Part shown: one piece after another, positions 39,356-48,420 of the stretch
How positions within the stretch are numbered: position 1 is the stretch's first letter
Layout of the letters: every line of letters begins with the position of its first letter
Assembly (NCBI GenBank): GCA_965248265.1
Contig: CBDFJF010000002.1
Span: 3,072,001-3,136,000 of the forward strand
Length of the DNA: 64,000 bases
Origin: Candidatus Latescibacterota bacterium
GTDB taxonomy: Bacteria > Latescibacterota > UBA2968 > UBA8231
Direction: 5' to 3'
Program-made: the position numbers and the translations under genes
The notes under the pieces: model-generated
Told to the model about the DNA's origin: nothing
What the model saw: the letters and a program-made list of their open reading frames with translations, nothing else
Database searches by the model: none

Positions 39356-39392
39356 GGTGGCCATTCTTCATGCGCATGGTCGCCTTTTTTTT
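39356..39392 (+). terminator. Intrinsic terminator after rplC
   Basis: GGTGGCCAT / ATGGTCGCC stem followed by T8. Confidence 0.75.
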
Positions 39393-39407
39393 GTACCGTC
39401 GTCGTCG

Positions 39408-39767
<360 letters not shown>

Positions 39768-40811
39768 TCATAAGCTTGCATTGCAAGGCCTGCCAAGTTC
39801 GCGCAGCACCTCGACAGACGAACTCGCGAGGTCGATCCCGTGCTCCAGGCCGTGGCTCCGACGGCGCTCCTCGATCTCTCCAGGCAACAGGATTTCCTCC
39901 ACGCCCTCTTGTCTGGGCGACTGCTTGATGCGCCGGGCCATGTCACCGACGGCGCGCTTGAACTCGTCGACAGGCATGAACCGACTCGGGTCGATGCTGA
40001 TGAAACAATGGCCGATGCCGACATCGGCCAGGTGCTCGGGGACGGCATCACGCTCAACACCGAAGTACGGAGAGCCAGCCATCAATCCCGCGAGCAGCTC
40101 GATGAACAGGGTAAGGCCGTACCCTTTGTAATCGCCGATGGGTTCGATCATCCCCTTTAAGGCAAGGGCAGCGTCCGTCGTCGGTTGTCCCTCCGCATCC
40201 CGCGCCAATCCGGCCGGGATCGGGGTGCCATTGGCCGCGGCCAGTTCCAGCTTGCCCGCGGCCAGCGCCCCCATGGCCGCGTCGAAGAGCAGCGGGAAAT
40301 CGAGATCAGCCGGCACGGCATAGGCGATAGGGTTGTTGCCGAAAAGCGGAGTACGCCCGCCTGTTGGCGCCAGTCTCGGGCTTGCCACCGTCATGGCAAC
40401 ACCGATCATGTCGTGATCGAGCGCTCGGGCGGCAAACTGTCCGGCCGTACCGAAATGATGAGACCGTCCGGAGGCCACCGTGGCCGAACCGGTCGTCGAG
40501 GCCTTCTTCAGGCACAGATCCATGGCGAAGCGACCGACCAGTTGACCCAGTGCGTGGTCCCCGTCGACGCGAGCGCTGGAGGGTCCCTCCGACACGACGC
40601 GGATCTTGGGGTCGGGGTTCGTAATCCCCTGGGCCAATTCCTGTACATACCGCGATAGGCGCAGAACCCCGTGGCTGTGCACGCCTCTCAGGTCTGCCTC
40701 CACGAGGGATTGCGCCACGTAGGCAGCATCCTCCGCTGCGAGCCCGGAGTGCAGGAGGATGGCGCGACAGATGTTCTGGAGCCGATCGGCTTGAACAGAG
40801 ACCGTTGACAT
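39768..40811 (-). CDS. Ldh_2-family (malate/L-lactate/sulfolactate-type) oxidoreductase
   Basis: ADLRGVHSHG, SHHFG, GNNPIA, YKGYGL, LPGEIE. Confidence 0.88.
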   Translation of the reverse strand: MSTVSVQADRLQNICRAILLHSGLAAEDAAYVAQSLVEADLRGVHSHGVLRLSRYVQELAQGITNPDPKIRVVSEGPSSARVDGDHALGQLVGRFAMDLCLKKASTTGSATVASGRSHHFGTAGQFAARALDHDMIGVAMTVASPRLAPTGGRTPLFGNNPIAYAVPADLDFPLLFDAAMGALAAGKLELAAANGTPIPAGLARDAEGQPTTDAALALKGMIEPIGDYKGYGLTLFIELLAGLMAGSPYFGVERDAVPEHLADVGIGHCFISIDPSRFMPVDEFKRAVGDMARRIKQSPRQEGVEEILLPGEIEERRRSHGLEHGIDLASSSVEVLRELGRPCNASL

Positions 40812-41038
40812 GTGAGTCTGCGAAGAACAATCAGAGGCGGAATGGACCCTGCCTGACGCTGCAGAAATTCGGCAATATAGCCGGCAGCCAATCGACTGTC
40901 CAGGTGAGAGGCCGCTGGGGTTCGACGCAAGTCCGAGGCTGCGGCCTTGCCGCCAAAGCAGGTAGAATCTTGTTTTGCAGACAACACAGTAGACCGTTCG
41001 ATCACCTACCTCGCCCATGTCGAAGGCAGTCGAATTCA

Positions 41039-41770
41039 GTGGATCTCAGCATCATCATCCCGGCGTTCAACGAGAGCGCACGCATCGTCTCGACACTGGA
41101 CTCGATCGTCCAGTTCCTGTCACAACGTCCATGGCAGTGGGAGATCATCGTCGTCGATGATGGGGGGCAGGACGGGACGGCACAGTTGGTCGACGATTAC
41201 CGTTCAAGCCAACCCGCCGTCCGGGTCATCAGAAACGACCGCAACAGGGGCAAGGGATATTCCGTAGGAAACGGTGTCGCCGACGCCACCGGCGCCGTCA
41301 TCGGTTTCATTGACGCCGATAACAAGACCGACATACGGGCGGCTGATTCGGCGATGGATCTCCTACTCGCGGATCCCGAGCCGGAAAGCAGTGGAGGTGC
41401 GGATATCGTCATCGGCGACCGCACCCTGCCCGGTTCACACATCGTCATTCCCCGGCGGGGGTACCGCGAGTGGGGATCGAAGCAATTCAGCCGAGTGTTG
41501 TTGCGCTTTGTTGGTCTGGGCGAATATCCGGACACGCAATGCGGGTTCAAGTTCTTTCGCAAGGACGCGGCGAAGGCCTTGTTCGCTGCGCTGCGTACCG
41601 AGGGGTACATGTTCGACGTGGAGATCATACTGCGAGCCCGGGCGTCGCAATGTCGAATCGAACGAGTGCCGGTGCGCTGGACGGATGATGCGGACAGCCG
41701 CTTCAACCCGTTTTGGGGCATGATCCGGAATCTGAGGGAATTGGCCAGGATCAAACGGAACTTGCGGTAG
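41039..41770 (+). CDS. Glycosyltransferase family 2 (dolichyl-phosphate glucosyltransferase-like)
   Basis: SIIIPAFNE, VDDG, NRGKG, DAD, DTQCGFK, FDVE. Confidence 0.88.
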   Translation: MDLSIIIPAFNESARIVSTLDSIVQFLSQRPWQWEIIVVDDGGQDGTAQLVDDYRSSQPAVRVIRNDRNRGKGYSVGNGVADATGAVIGFIDADNKTDIRAADSAMDLLLADPEPESSGGADIVIGDRTLPGSHIVIPRRGYREWGSKQFSRVLLRFVGLGEYPDTQCGFKFFRKDAAKALFAALRTEGYMFDVEIILRARASQCRIERVPVRWTDDADSRFNPFWGMIRNLRELARIKRNLR

Positions 41771-41797
41771 ATCGCCGGAAACCGAAGCCCACCGGTA

Positions 41798-42126
41798 CTA
41801 TCCTCCGAGCTCTCGCACCAACTCACCCATCCAGTTGAGGCAAACGGCCAGAAAAATCTCCACGCCGGCCCCGAGATCCTCCCGAGTTTCGCTGCGCAGG
41901 AAATCTTCGACCGCCAGAATCACCAGGAACACGGAGAGCACCTCGAACGGGCAGCGCCAGAAAACCTCTCCCATGCCGAGACCGAGCAGGAGCTTTTTCT
42001 TGTTTCGAACCCCGAGCTCCAAGAATGGGCGAAATCAGCTGCACGGTTGGCCGTGACGAAGGCGCGCATTCCCCGGTTGACTTCCTCGCGGGTCAGGCCG
42101 TTGGTTGTTGGTTCTCGTCTTTCCAA
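41798..42126 (-). pseudogene. Possible decayed membrane-protein (MFS-like) remnant
   Basis: Protein-like segments in three successive frames: LTREEVNRGMRAFVTA / VQLISPILGAR / VRNKKKLLLGLGMGEVFWR. Confidence 0.3.
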
Positions 42127-42164
42127 TTCATGGGCTCGGGCTGGAGATGGGTGTGGAGGAGCTA

Positions 42165-42983
42165 ATGAACATGCCGAACAGATTGAATTTGTGCTACAGC
42201 ACACTGCGTTGGCGTGAGCCTGATCTCGAGCAGGCTCTCGAGGCCTTGAGGACGGCAGGGTGGGACGGTTGGGAAGGGAGGTTGGATCTGGATTGGCTGG
42301 GGCCACCGGCGCGTCTACGGCGGATCTGTGAAAACGCCGGCATGCCCCTGGTCGTCTACACGGCCAGCGGCTCTCCCGATCGTCGCGAGTGGGCGCATGT
42401 TGAGCGCAACAGGCGGCGGATGGAGTACGCTGCCGAGATCGGAGTCGACTGTTTCATGTTCATGAATCAGGGCAAGAGTCCGGAGACGACGGTGAGCGAA
42501 GATGATATCAAAGCGGCGGCCGAGGGAGCTGAAGAGTGGGCCTCCTACGCGGCTGATCTAGGGTTGGAGCTGAGCTACCATATCCACACAAACACTCTCG
42601 TCGATTCCGTGGACGATTGGCGGTTGTACATGAGTCATCTGCAACGGGCCAAGCTGTGCATTGACGTGTCTCATGCACTGTTGTGGGGGTATGATCCAGT
42701 TCAGGCCATCGGCGACTTCAGCAACCAGCTCAACTACATCCACCTTCAGGACTATTCCGCGACTTCGCGGGCGGCTGATGGAACCTACCTGCCGGTTTGG
42801 TGCGACGTCGGTGACGGCGAGGCATTGGATTTTCCCGCGATTCTCCAGATCCTCAAAGAGATCGGTTTCGCGCGTACGGTTACGGCGTGTCCGGGAGAGC
42901 CGGTACCTGGTGCCGAGGATCCATTGAGTGAGGCCCGTCGCTCTCGTAAGACCCGCGACTATTTGGCAGAACTCGGGTTCTGA
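42165..42983 (+). CDS. Sugar phosphate isomerase/epimerase (IolE-like TIM barrel)
   Basis: YHIH, CIDVSH, YIHLQD, GDGEALDF. GGAGGA RBS. Confidence 0.78.
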   Translation: MNMPNRLNLCYSTLRWREPDLEQALEALRTAGWDGWEGRLDLDWLGPPARLRRICENAGMPLVVYTASGSPDRREWAHVERNRRRMEYAAEIGVDCFMFMNQGKSPETTVSEDDIKAAAEGAEEWASYAADLGLELSYHIHTNTLVDSVDDWRLYMSHLQRAKLCIDVSHALLWGYDPVQAIGDFSNQLNYIHLQDYSATSRAADGTYLPVWCDVGDGEALDFPAILQILKEIGFARTVTACPGEPVPGAEDPLSEARRSRKTRDYLAELGF

Positions 42984-43987
42984 TCCGCTCCCTTGAGAAT
43001 GTCGGCGACATCAGCCTGCAGGGACCGCAACAGTCGTGGACCATAGTCGGAAACCACCTCAGCAGCGGCGTAGTTGCCCAGGATGGCTGCGTCCTTCAAT
43101 CCGTACCCGTGGGTGAGCCCGAACAACACGCCGCCCGCGAAGGCGTCGCCAGCTCCGGTGGTGTCAACGGCATCGACTGGAAAGCCCGCCACGTGCTGGG
43201 GGAGTTCATCGTTGCCATCCATAACCAGCGCTCCATCGGCCCCACAGGTCACGCACACACGCGTCGCCTGGCGCTTCAAGCTCACGCAAGCGGAGGAGCG
43301 ATCGGACTCGCCGGTGAGCGCGGCGGCCTCATCTTCGTTGCAGAACAGCAGATCTACCGGCGGTGAGAGGAGTTGCTGGAAGCGTTCGGTAAAGGCACCT
43401 ACGATAGCGGGGTCGCTAAGCGTCAGCGCAACAGCACAGCCGCCCGAGCGGGCAGCTTCCATGGCCTGCAGACCGGCGGCGTGGCCGGTGTCCGATGTCA
43501 CCAGATAACCCTCTACGTAGACGAAGTCGCTGCCGTCGATGACCTCTCTTTCCAACTGGCCAGGGCCGACCTCGCTGCTCATCCCCAAAAAAGTATTCAG
43601 GGTGCGATCGGCATCTGGTGTAACCATGACCAGGCACTTACCAGTGGTTCCTCTGGATTCCACTCCCGAACCTGAGGTGACGCCAGCACGCTCGAGGTCT
43701 TCACGGTAAAAACATCCCCAGTCGTCATCTCCGACCTTGAAGGAGTAGTGAGCCTGGCCGCCATACTGGGCGATCGCAATCATGGTGTTGGCGGCAGAGC
43801 CACCGGATGAAGCAGCCTGAGTCTCATCGCCGAGCGCCAGGCAAAGTGTGTGTTGCTCGGCCTCAGCAAGCAGGGTCATGACACCCTTGGCAATGCCATG
43901 GTCATTCAGAAAGCTGTCGCTGACTGAATACTGGAGATCCACCAGAGCGTGGCCGATACCGTAAACATCCGTCTTCTTTGTTGACAA
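42959..43987 (-). CDS. PfkB-family (adenosine kinase-like) carbohydrate kinase; start uncertain
   Basis: GHALVD, SGGSAANT, VEGYL, NEDEA, DTTGAGDAFAGG. Confidence 0.9.
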   Translation of the reverse strand: MSTKKTDVYGIGHALVDLQYSVSDSFLNDHGIAKGVMTLLAEAEQHTLCLALGDETQAASSGGSAANTMIAIAQYGGQAHYSFKVGDDDWGCFYREDLERAGVTSGSGVESRGTTGKCLVMVTPDADRTLNTFLGMSSEVGPGQLEREVIDGSDFVYVEGYLVTSDTGHAAGLQAMEAARSGGCAVALTLSDPAIVGAFTERFQQLLSPPVDLLFCNEDEAAALTGESDRSSACVSLKRQATRVCVTCGADGALVMDGNDELPQHVAGFPVDAVDTTGAGDAFAGGVLFGLTHGYGLKDAAILGNYAAAEVVSDYGPRLLRSLQADVADILKGADQNPSSAK

Positions 43988-44091
43988 GGTGTGAGCCTTG
44001 ATCCTTTCGTTTGCTTGCGACGGTCGGCTGAGGCCGACTATATTACGATTGAACACACAACGACATTACACCCGCGGCTAAGGAGGATCAG

Positions 44092-44613
44092 ATCGCAAAA
44101 CAGCAATCATCGTATACGAGAGTAAACGACTCTATCCGTGTCCCACAGATTCGCCTGATCGCTGCGGATGGAGAGCAAGTCGGCGTCGTCGAGACCAGTG
44201 AAGGGATGCAGATGGCCGAAGCAGCAGATCTCGATCTCGTCGAAATCGCCCCTGACGCCAAGCCGCCGGTCTGCCGCATCATGGACTACGGCAAATTTCG
44301 CTATGACAAAGAAAAAAAGGCGAAGGAGGCACGCAAGAAGCAGCACAACGTGCAGATGAAGACGATCCGCATCAAAACTGCCAACATTTCAGAGAACGAC
44401 ATGGAGTACCGCCTGGGCCATATTCGAGAGTTCATCGGCAAGGGTAACCGGGTGAAAGTGAGCATGCGTTTCTTCGGACGACAGATGGCCTATCGGGACC
44501 GTGGCAAAGTCGTCCTCGAGGACCTCGCCAAGAAAATCGAAGACATCGCCGCCGTTGATCAAATGCCTCAGATGGAGGGCCGTGAGATGTCGATGATTCT
44601 GCGGCCGTTGTGA
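44092..44613 (+). CDS. infC: Translation initiation factor IF-3 with an ATC start codon
   Basis: RVNDSIRVPQIRLI, DLVEIAPDAKPPVCRIMDYGKFRY. SD TAAGGAGG lies 5 nt before an in-frame ATC, with no in-frame ATG/GTG/TTG upstream. Confidence 0.95.
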   Translation: MAKQQSSYTRVNDSIRVPQIRLIAADGEQVGVVETSEGMQMAEAADLDLVEIAPDAKPPVCRIMDYGKFRYDKEKKAKEARKKQHNVQMKTIRIKTANISENDMEYRLGHIREFIGKGNRVKVSMRFFGRQMAYRDRGKVVLEDLAKKIEDIAAVDQMPQMEGREMSMILRPL

Positions 44614-44765
44614 ACACCCGCTCGTCGCCGCCATCCCTATCATCACGACCTCTAATCGGCACGAGACGCTGGGCTCGGCTCGCCCATCCCCATCGTGAGA
44701 GCAAAGATGCGGACCGGCATATCGCTGGCCGTCGCAAGAATGTAGCTCTCACAACGGCAGGTGTA
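44604..44765 (-). ncRNA. Candidate 6S RNA downstream of zapA
   Basis: Lies 3' of zapA. Closing stem GCCGUUGUGA/UCACAACGGC, inner UCACGAU/GUCGUGA stem and an apical hairpin give a ~160-nt rod (folded by eye only). Confidence 0.4.
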
Positions 44766-44797
44766 TTGGGGTGGTGGGTGGTATGGGGAGAAAAGCC

Positions 44798-45154
44798 CTA
44801 GAAGCGCACGGACCCTTCGGCTGGAGGATCGTCGCCGTCAGCGTCTGATTTCGGGGGAACCGAGCTTTCTCCTCCACTCTCGAGTCTCTTGGTGAACGAA
44901 CTGATCCGCTCGTCCGCCTGATCGAGGAGAGCCTCTTTTTTACCGCGCCCTACAAGCACCTCATGGGCGATCTCCATCGCTGCCATGATAGCAACCTCCA
45001 GTGGGGCCGTTTTCCCTGACGACATAGCCGCATCATGCATCTTCTCGTCGAGGTAGGAGGCGACGTGTTCGACGCGATCACTGTCCCCCTCATCCGAAGC
45101 GACATTGTACTGGTGGTTGAAGATACGAACTAACGTACTGTTTTCTTTGGACAT
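44798..45154 (-). CDS. zapA: Cell division protein ZapA
   Basis: VRIFNHQYNV…VASYLDEKM…VAIMAAMEIAHE followed by a coiled coil. Confidence 0.85.
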   Translation of the reverse strand: MSKENSTLVRIFNHQYNVASDEGDSDRVEHVASYLDEKMHDAAMSSGKTAPLEVAIMAAMEIAHEVLVGRGKKEALLDQADERISSFTKRLESGGESSVPPKSDADGDDPPAEGSVRF

Positions 45155-45195
45155 TAGCTCTATATAGATGGGAAATGGTGCAGGATGCTGTAAAT

Positions 45196-45243
45196 AAAAA
45201 AGTGGGGGACTTCCGCGATCTCCCCTTACTCCCGGAAGCCCCC
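45196..45243 (-). terminator. Intrinsic terminator in the zapA leader
   Basis: Minus strand GGGGGCTTCCG-N17-CGGAAGTCCCCC-ACTTTTTT. Confidence 0.75.
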
Positions 45244-45271
45244 TCTGGTGCGCACTTACCACGTGGTGAGT

Positions 45272-45315
45272 CACAATATATGGTGGGTTCAAAAAATTGT
45301 CAACCATATATTGCG
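45272..45315 (-). promoter_or_regulatory. Sigma70 promoter bracketed by two NrdR-box-like operators
   Basis: Minus strand TTGACA-N17-TATATT. Boxes CACAATATATGGTG (45272-45285) and AACCATATATTGCG (45302-45315) match consensus caCwAtATaTwGtg and are offset by 30 bp. Confidence 0.65.
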
Positions 45316-45490
45316 TGGGTGCACATATTTTTTTCAGCGGTTCAGAATCTCTTCAAAAACGGCCCTCGAGTTGCGCAATCCTATCATTTCCATCATCTTA
45401 CATCAATTGTGACCAACCGGTTTCTCGATCTGCGTCGGCAGCCGGGATTGTCAGCTTTTATCCAATAAAGTGGTGTAACTAACTGTAATC

Positions 45491-48400
45491 ATGTCATTTA
45501 GTGGTGTCGATCTGGTTGACATAGCCATGCAGATCCGCAACGGCATATCTGGTGAAGTGCGTACGGATCCGGTGACGAAAATGCTGTACCGGACTGATGC
45601 GAGCATGTACGAGATGGAACCACTGGGTCTCGTCCTGCCCGCCTCTCCCGAGGATGTCGTGCATACGGTACGGGTCGCGGCCGATCACGGTACTCCACTG
45701 CTCCCTCGAGGAGGCGGAACCAGTCTGGCTGGACAGTCAGTCGGCAGTGCCTTTCACGTCGATTACTCCAGGTACATGAATGCCATACTCGAACTCGATG
45801 TTGAGGCGGGTTGGGTTCGTGTTCAACCCGGGGTGGTACTCGATGAGCTGAACAGAGAGCTCAAGCTGCACGGTCTGCAGTTCGCTCCGGACGTGTCCAC
45901 GAGCAGCCGGGCCAATATCGGCGGCATGATCGGCAACAATTCCTGTGGTGCCCACTCTATCTTGTACGGCAAGACCATCGACCATGTCCTCGACCTGACT
46001 GTGGTTCTGGCAGACGGTGCTCTTGTTCGGTTCGAGCCCCTCGACGACGCGCAGTGGAGGAAGAAGGCACAGCTGCCAGGTCTGGAGGGTGAAATCTACC
46101 GGGGGGTGACAGGGGTCATCGAGGAGCACGCCGATGAAATCCGCCGTCGGTTTCCCAGTGTGATGCGACGAGTCTCGGGCTACAACCTCGACGAGTTCGT
46201 CGCCGACGGAGAAGCCGATTCGCGCCGCGATCTGTGCAAACTGGTGGTTGGTTCTGAGGGCAGTCTCTGTCATGTCGTCGAAGCCCGCTTGAAGCTACTG
46301 CCCCTGCCGCAATACAAGGCGGTAGTAGCCTGCCATTTTCACAGCATAAATGAAGCACTTCAGGCCAATCTCGAGATCCTGCAAACATCTCCTGCCTCCA
46401 TCGAATTGGTGGACAAGATCCTGTTGGACCTGACAAAAAACTCGATAGAGCACCGTTCGGCCCGTTCATTTCTGCAGGGCGATCCTGAAGCACTGCTGTT
46501 CGTCGAATATTATGCGGACTCGGAGCAGGAGTTGGAGCACACGGCCCAGTCCCTGGAGGAATTGCTCGATCGAAGCGGTCTGGGTTACGCCACTGTTCAG
46601 GCCTTCGAGCCGGCTTTAATCCAGCAGATGTGGGATCTGCGCAAGGCGGGGCTCGGCCTGCTGATGAGCATGCCGGGAGACAGCAAGCCCCAACCCGGAG
46701 TAGAAGATTCCTGCGTGCCGGTGGAAGTGCAGGCGGAGTATGCCGGCAGGGTGCAGGAGCTGATGAAGGAGAATGACACGGTGGCCGAGTTCTACGGCCA
46801 CGCCAGTGTCGGCGTCCTTCACATCCGGCCCATTATCAATATCAAGAAGGCAGAGGGGGTTCGCCTGTTGCGTCATCTCCAGGACCGTATGAGTGACATG
46901 GTGCTGGAGTATGGTGGGGCCATGTCGGCTGAGCATGGGGATGGCCTTGCTCGTGGTGAGTGGATCGCCAAGATGTTCGGCGAGCAACTTGTCGAGGCCT
47001 TCGCGCAGATCAAAGCGCTTTTTGACCCGGACAACATCATGAACCCGGGCAAGATCGTGAAGCCGCCCCGGATGGACGAGAATCTGCGCTACGATGAGGA
47101 TTACGTCTCGGCCTCGGACGGTTCAGGGGGTGATTCGTTCTTCCGCTTTCAGCGGGAGGGGAGTCTTCTGCAGGCGGTCGAGATGTGTTCGGGCGTCGGC
47201 CACTGTCGCAAGAAAACGGTTGGAACGATGTGCCCCTCCTACATGGCTACCCTTGAGGAGGAGCACTCCACTCGGGGCCGGGCCAACGCTCTTCGGGCCG
47301 CACTTTCGGGTCGTATGCCCGGTGGTGGCATGGACAGCCCGGAACTGGCCCGAGTGATGGATCTGTGCCTGGAATGCAAGGCGTGTAAATCCGAGTGCCC
47401 GTCGAGCGTCGACATGGCGCGGTTGAAATACGAGTCCCTGGCACACTACCGGGAAGCGCACGGTTACCCGCTGCGTTCACGCCTGTTCGGGCACATCGGT
47501 CAGCTCAACCAATGGCTCTCTCGGGCGAGTCTGCTGGCGAATGGGATGATGCGGAATCTGCCCAATCGCTGGTTGCTGGATCTCGTTCTCGGGATTGACC
47601 GGCGCCGGCGATCGCCGAGGCTGGCGCGACAGACGTTTTCCGCCTGGTTTCGTGGCCGATCCCACCGACGAGGGGGAAGCCGAGGCCCGGTCCTCCTGTT
47701 CAACGATACATTCACCGAGTACAACGATCCCCAGATTGGCATGGCGGCTACCTTGATTCTGGAGAGCGCGGGTTTTGAGGTCGTCATTCTTGACGATAAG
47801 ATATGTTGTTGCAGGCCAACTATATCCGAGGGGTTTTTAAGGGAAGCAAAGAAGCTGATAGTCGGCAATCTTGACGTGCTGGAACCGTACGCACGCCAGG
47901 GAATCCCGATGGTCGGACTCGAGCCGAGTTGCGTTCTGACCTTTCGTGACGATTACGTCGATCTGGTGGATGATCCTCGGGCAAAGTTGGTAGCCGGCAA
48001 CAGCTTGCTTCTGGATGAATTCCTGACTGGATTGCGACGAGACGGTGAACTAGAACTGGACTTTACCACGACTCCGCGCAACATCCTCATCCACGGCCAT
48101 TGTCACCAAAAGGCGCTGGTCGGTTCGGCTAGCTGCCTCGAAGTCATGAACATGCCACCAGGGTTTCAGGCACAGGAGATCAACGCCGGCTGCTGCGGCA
48201 TGGCGGGCAGTTTCGGGTACGAAAAGGAGCACTATGACCTGTCCATGCGCATCGGGGAGGATCGCCTGTTTCCAGCAGTACGATCGGCGTCCGCTGACAC
48301 GGAGATTGCCGCTGCCGGGACTTCTTGTCGGCACCAGATAACAGATGCTACCGGTCGAGCACCACGCCACTGGGCGGAGATCCTGGTGGAAGCACTATAG
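45491..48400 (+). CDS. FAD-linked/Fe-S oxidoreductase (GlcD-GlcF/YdiJ-like 2-hydroxyacid dehydrogenase)
   Basis: PRGGGTSLAGQ, GSEG, GHASVGVLH, SAEHGDG, NPGKI, CLECKACKSECP and CCG motifs. Confidence 0.9.
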   Translation: MSFSGVDLVDIAMQIRNGISGEVRTDPVTKMLYRTDASMYEMEPLGLVLPASPEDVVHTVRVAADHGTPLLPRGGGTSLAGQSVGSAFHVDYSRYMNAILELDVEAGWVRVQPGVVLDELNRELKLHGLQFAPDVSTSSRANIGGMIGNNSCGAHSILYGKTIDHVLDLTVVLADGALVRFEPLDDAQWRKKAQLPGLEGEIYRGVTGVIEEHADEIRRRFPSVMRRVSGYNLDEFVADGEADSRRDLCKLVVGSEGSLCHVVEARLKLLPLPQYKAVVACHFHSINEALQANLEILQTSPASIELVDKILLDLTKNSIEHRSARSFLQGDPEALLFVEYYADSEQELEHTAQSLEELLDRSGLGYATVQAFEPALIQQMWDLRKAGLGLLMSMPGDSKPQPGVEDSCVPVEVQAEYAGRVQELMKENDTVAEFYGHASVGVLHIRPIINIKKAEGVRLLRHLQDRMSDMVLEYGGAMSAEHGDGLARGEWIAKMFGEQLVEAFAQIKALFDPDNIMNPGKIVKPPRMDENLRYDEDYVSASDGSGGDSFFRFQREGSLLQAVEMCSGVGHCRKKTVGTMCPSYMATLEEEHSTRGRANALRAALSGRMPGGGMDSPELARVMDLCLECKACKSECPSSVDMARLKYESLAHYREAHGYPLRSRLFGHIGQLNQWLSRASLLANGMMRNLPNRWLLDLVLGIDRRRRSPRLARQTFSAWFRGRSHRRGGSRGPVLLFNDTFTEYNDPQIGMAATLILESAGFEVVILDDKICCCRPTISEGFLREAKKLIVGNLDVLEPYARQGIPMVGLEPSCVLTFRDDYVDLVDDPRAKLVAGNSLLLDEFLTGLRRDGELELDFTTTPRNILIHGHCHQKALVGSASCLEVMNMPPGFQAQEINAGCCGMAGSFGYEKEHYDLSMRIGEDRLFPAVRSASADTEIAAAGTSCRHQITDATGRAPRHWAEILVEAL

Positions 48401-48420
48401 CCTTTCGATAATCTTACTTC

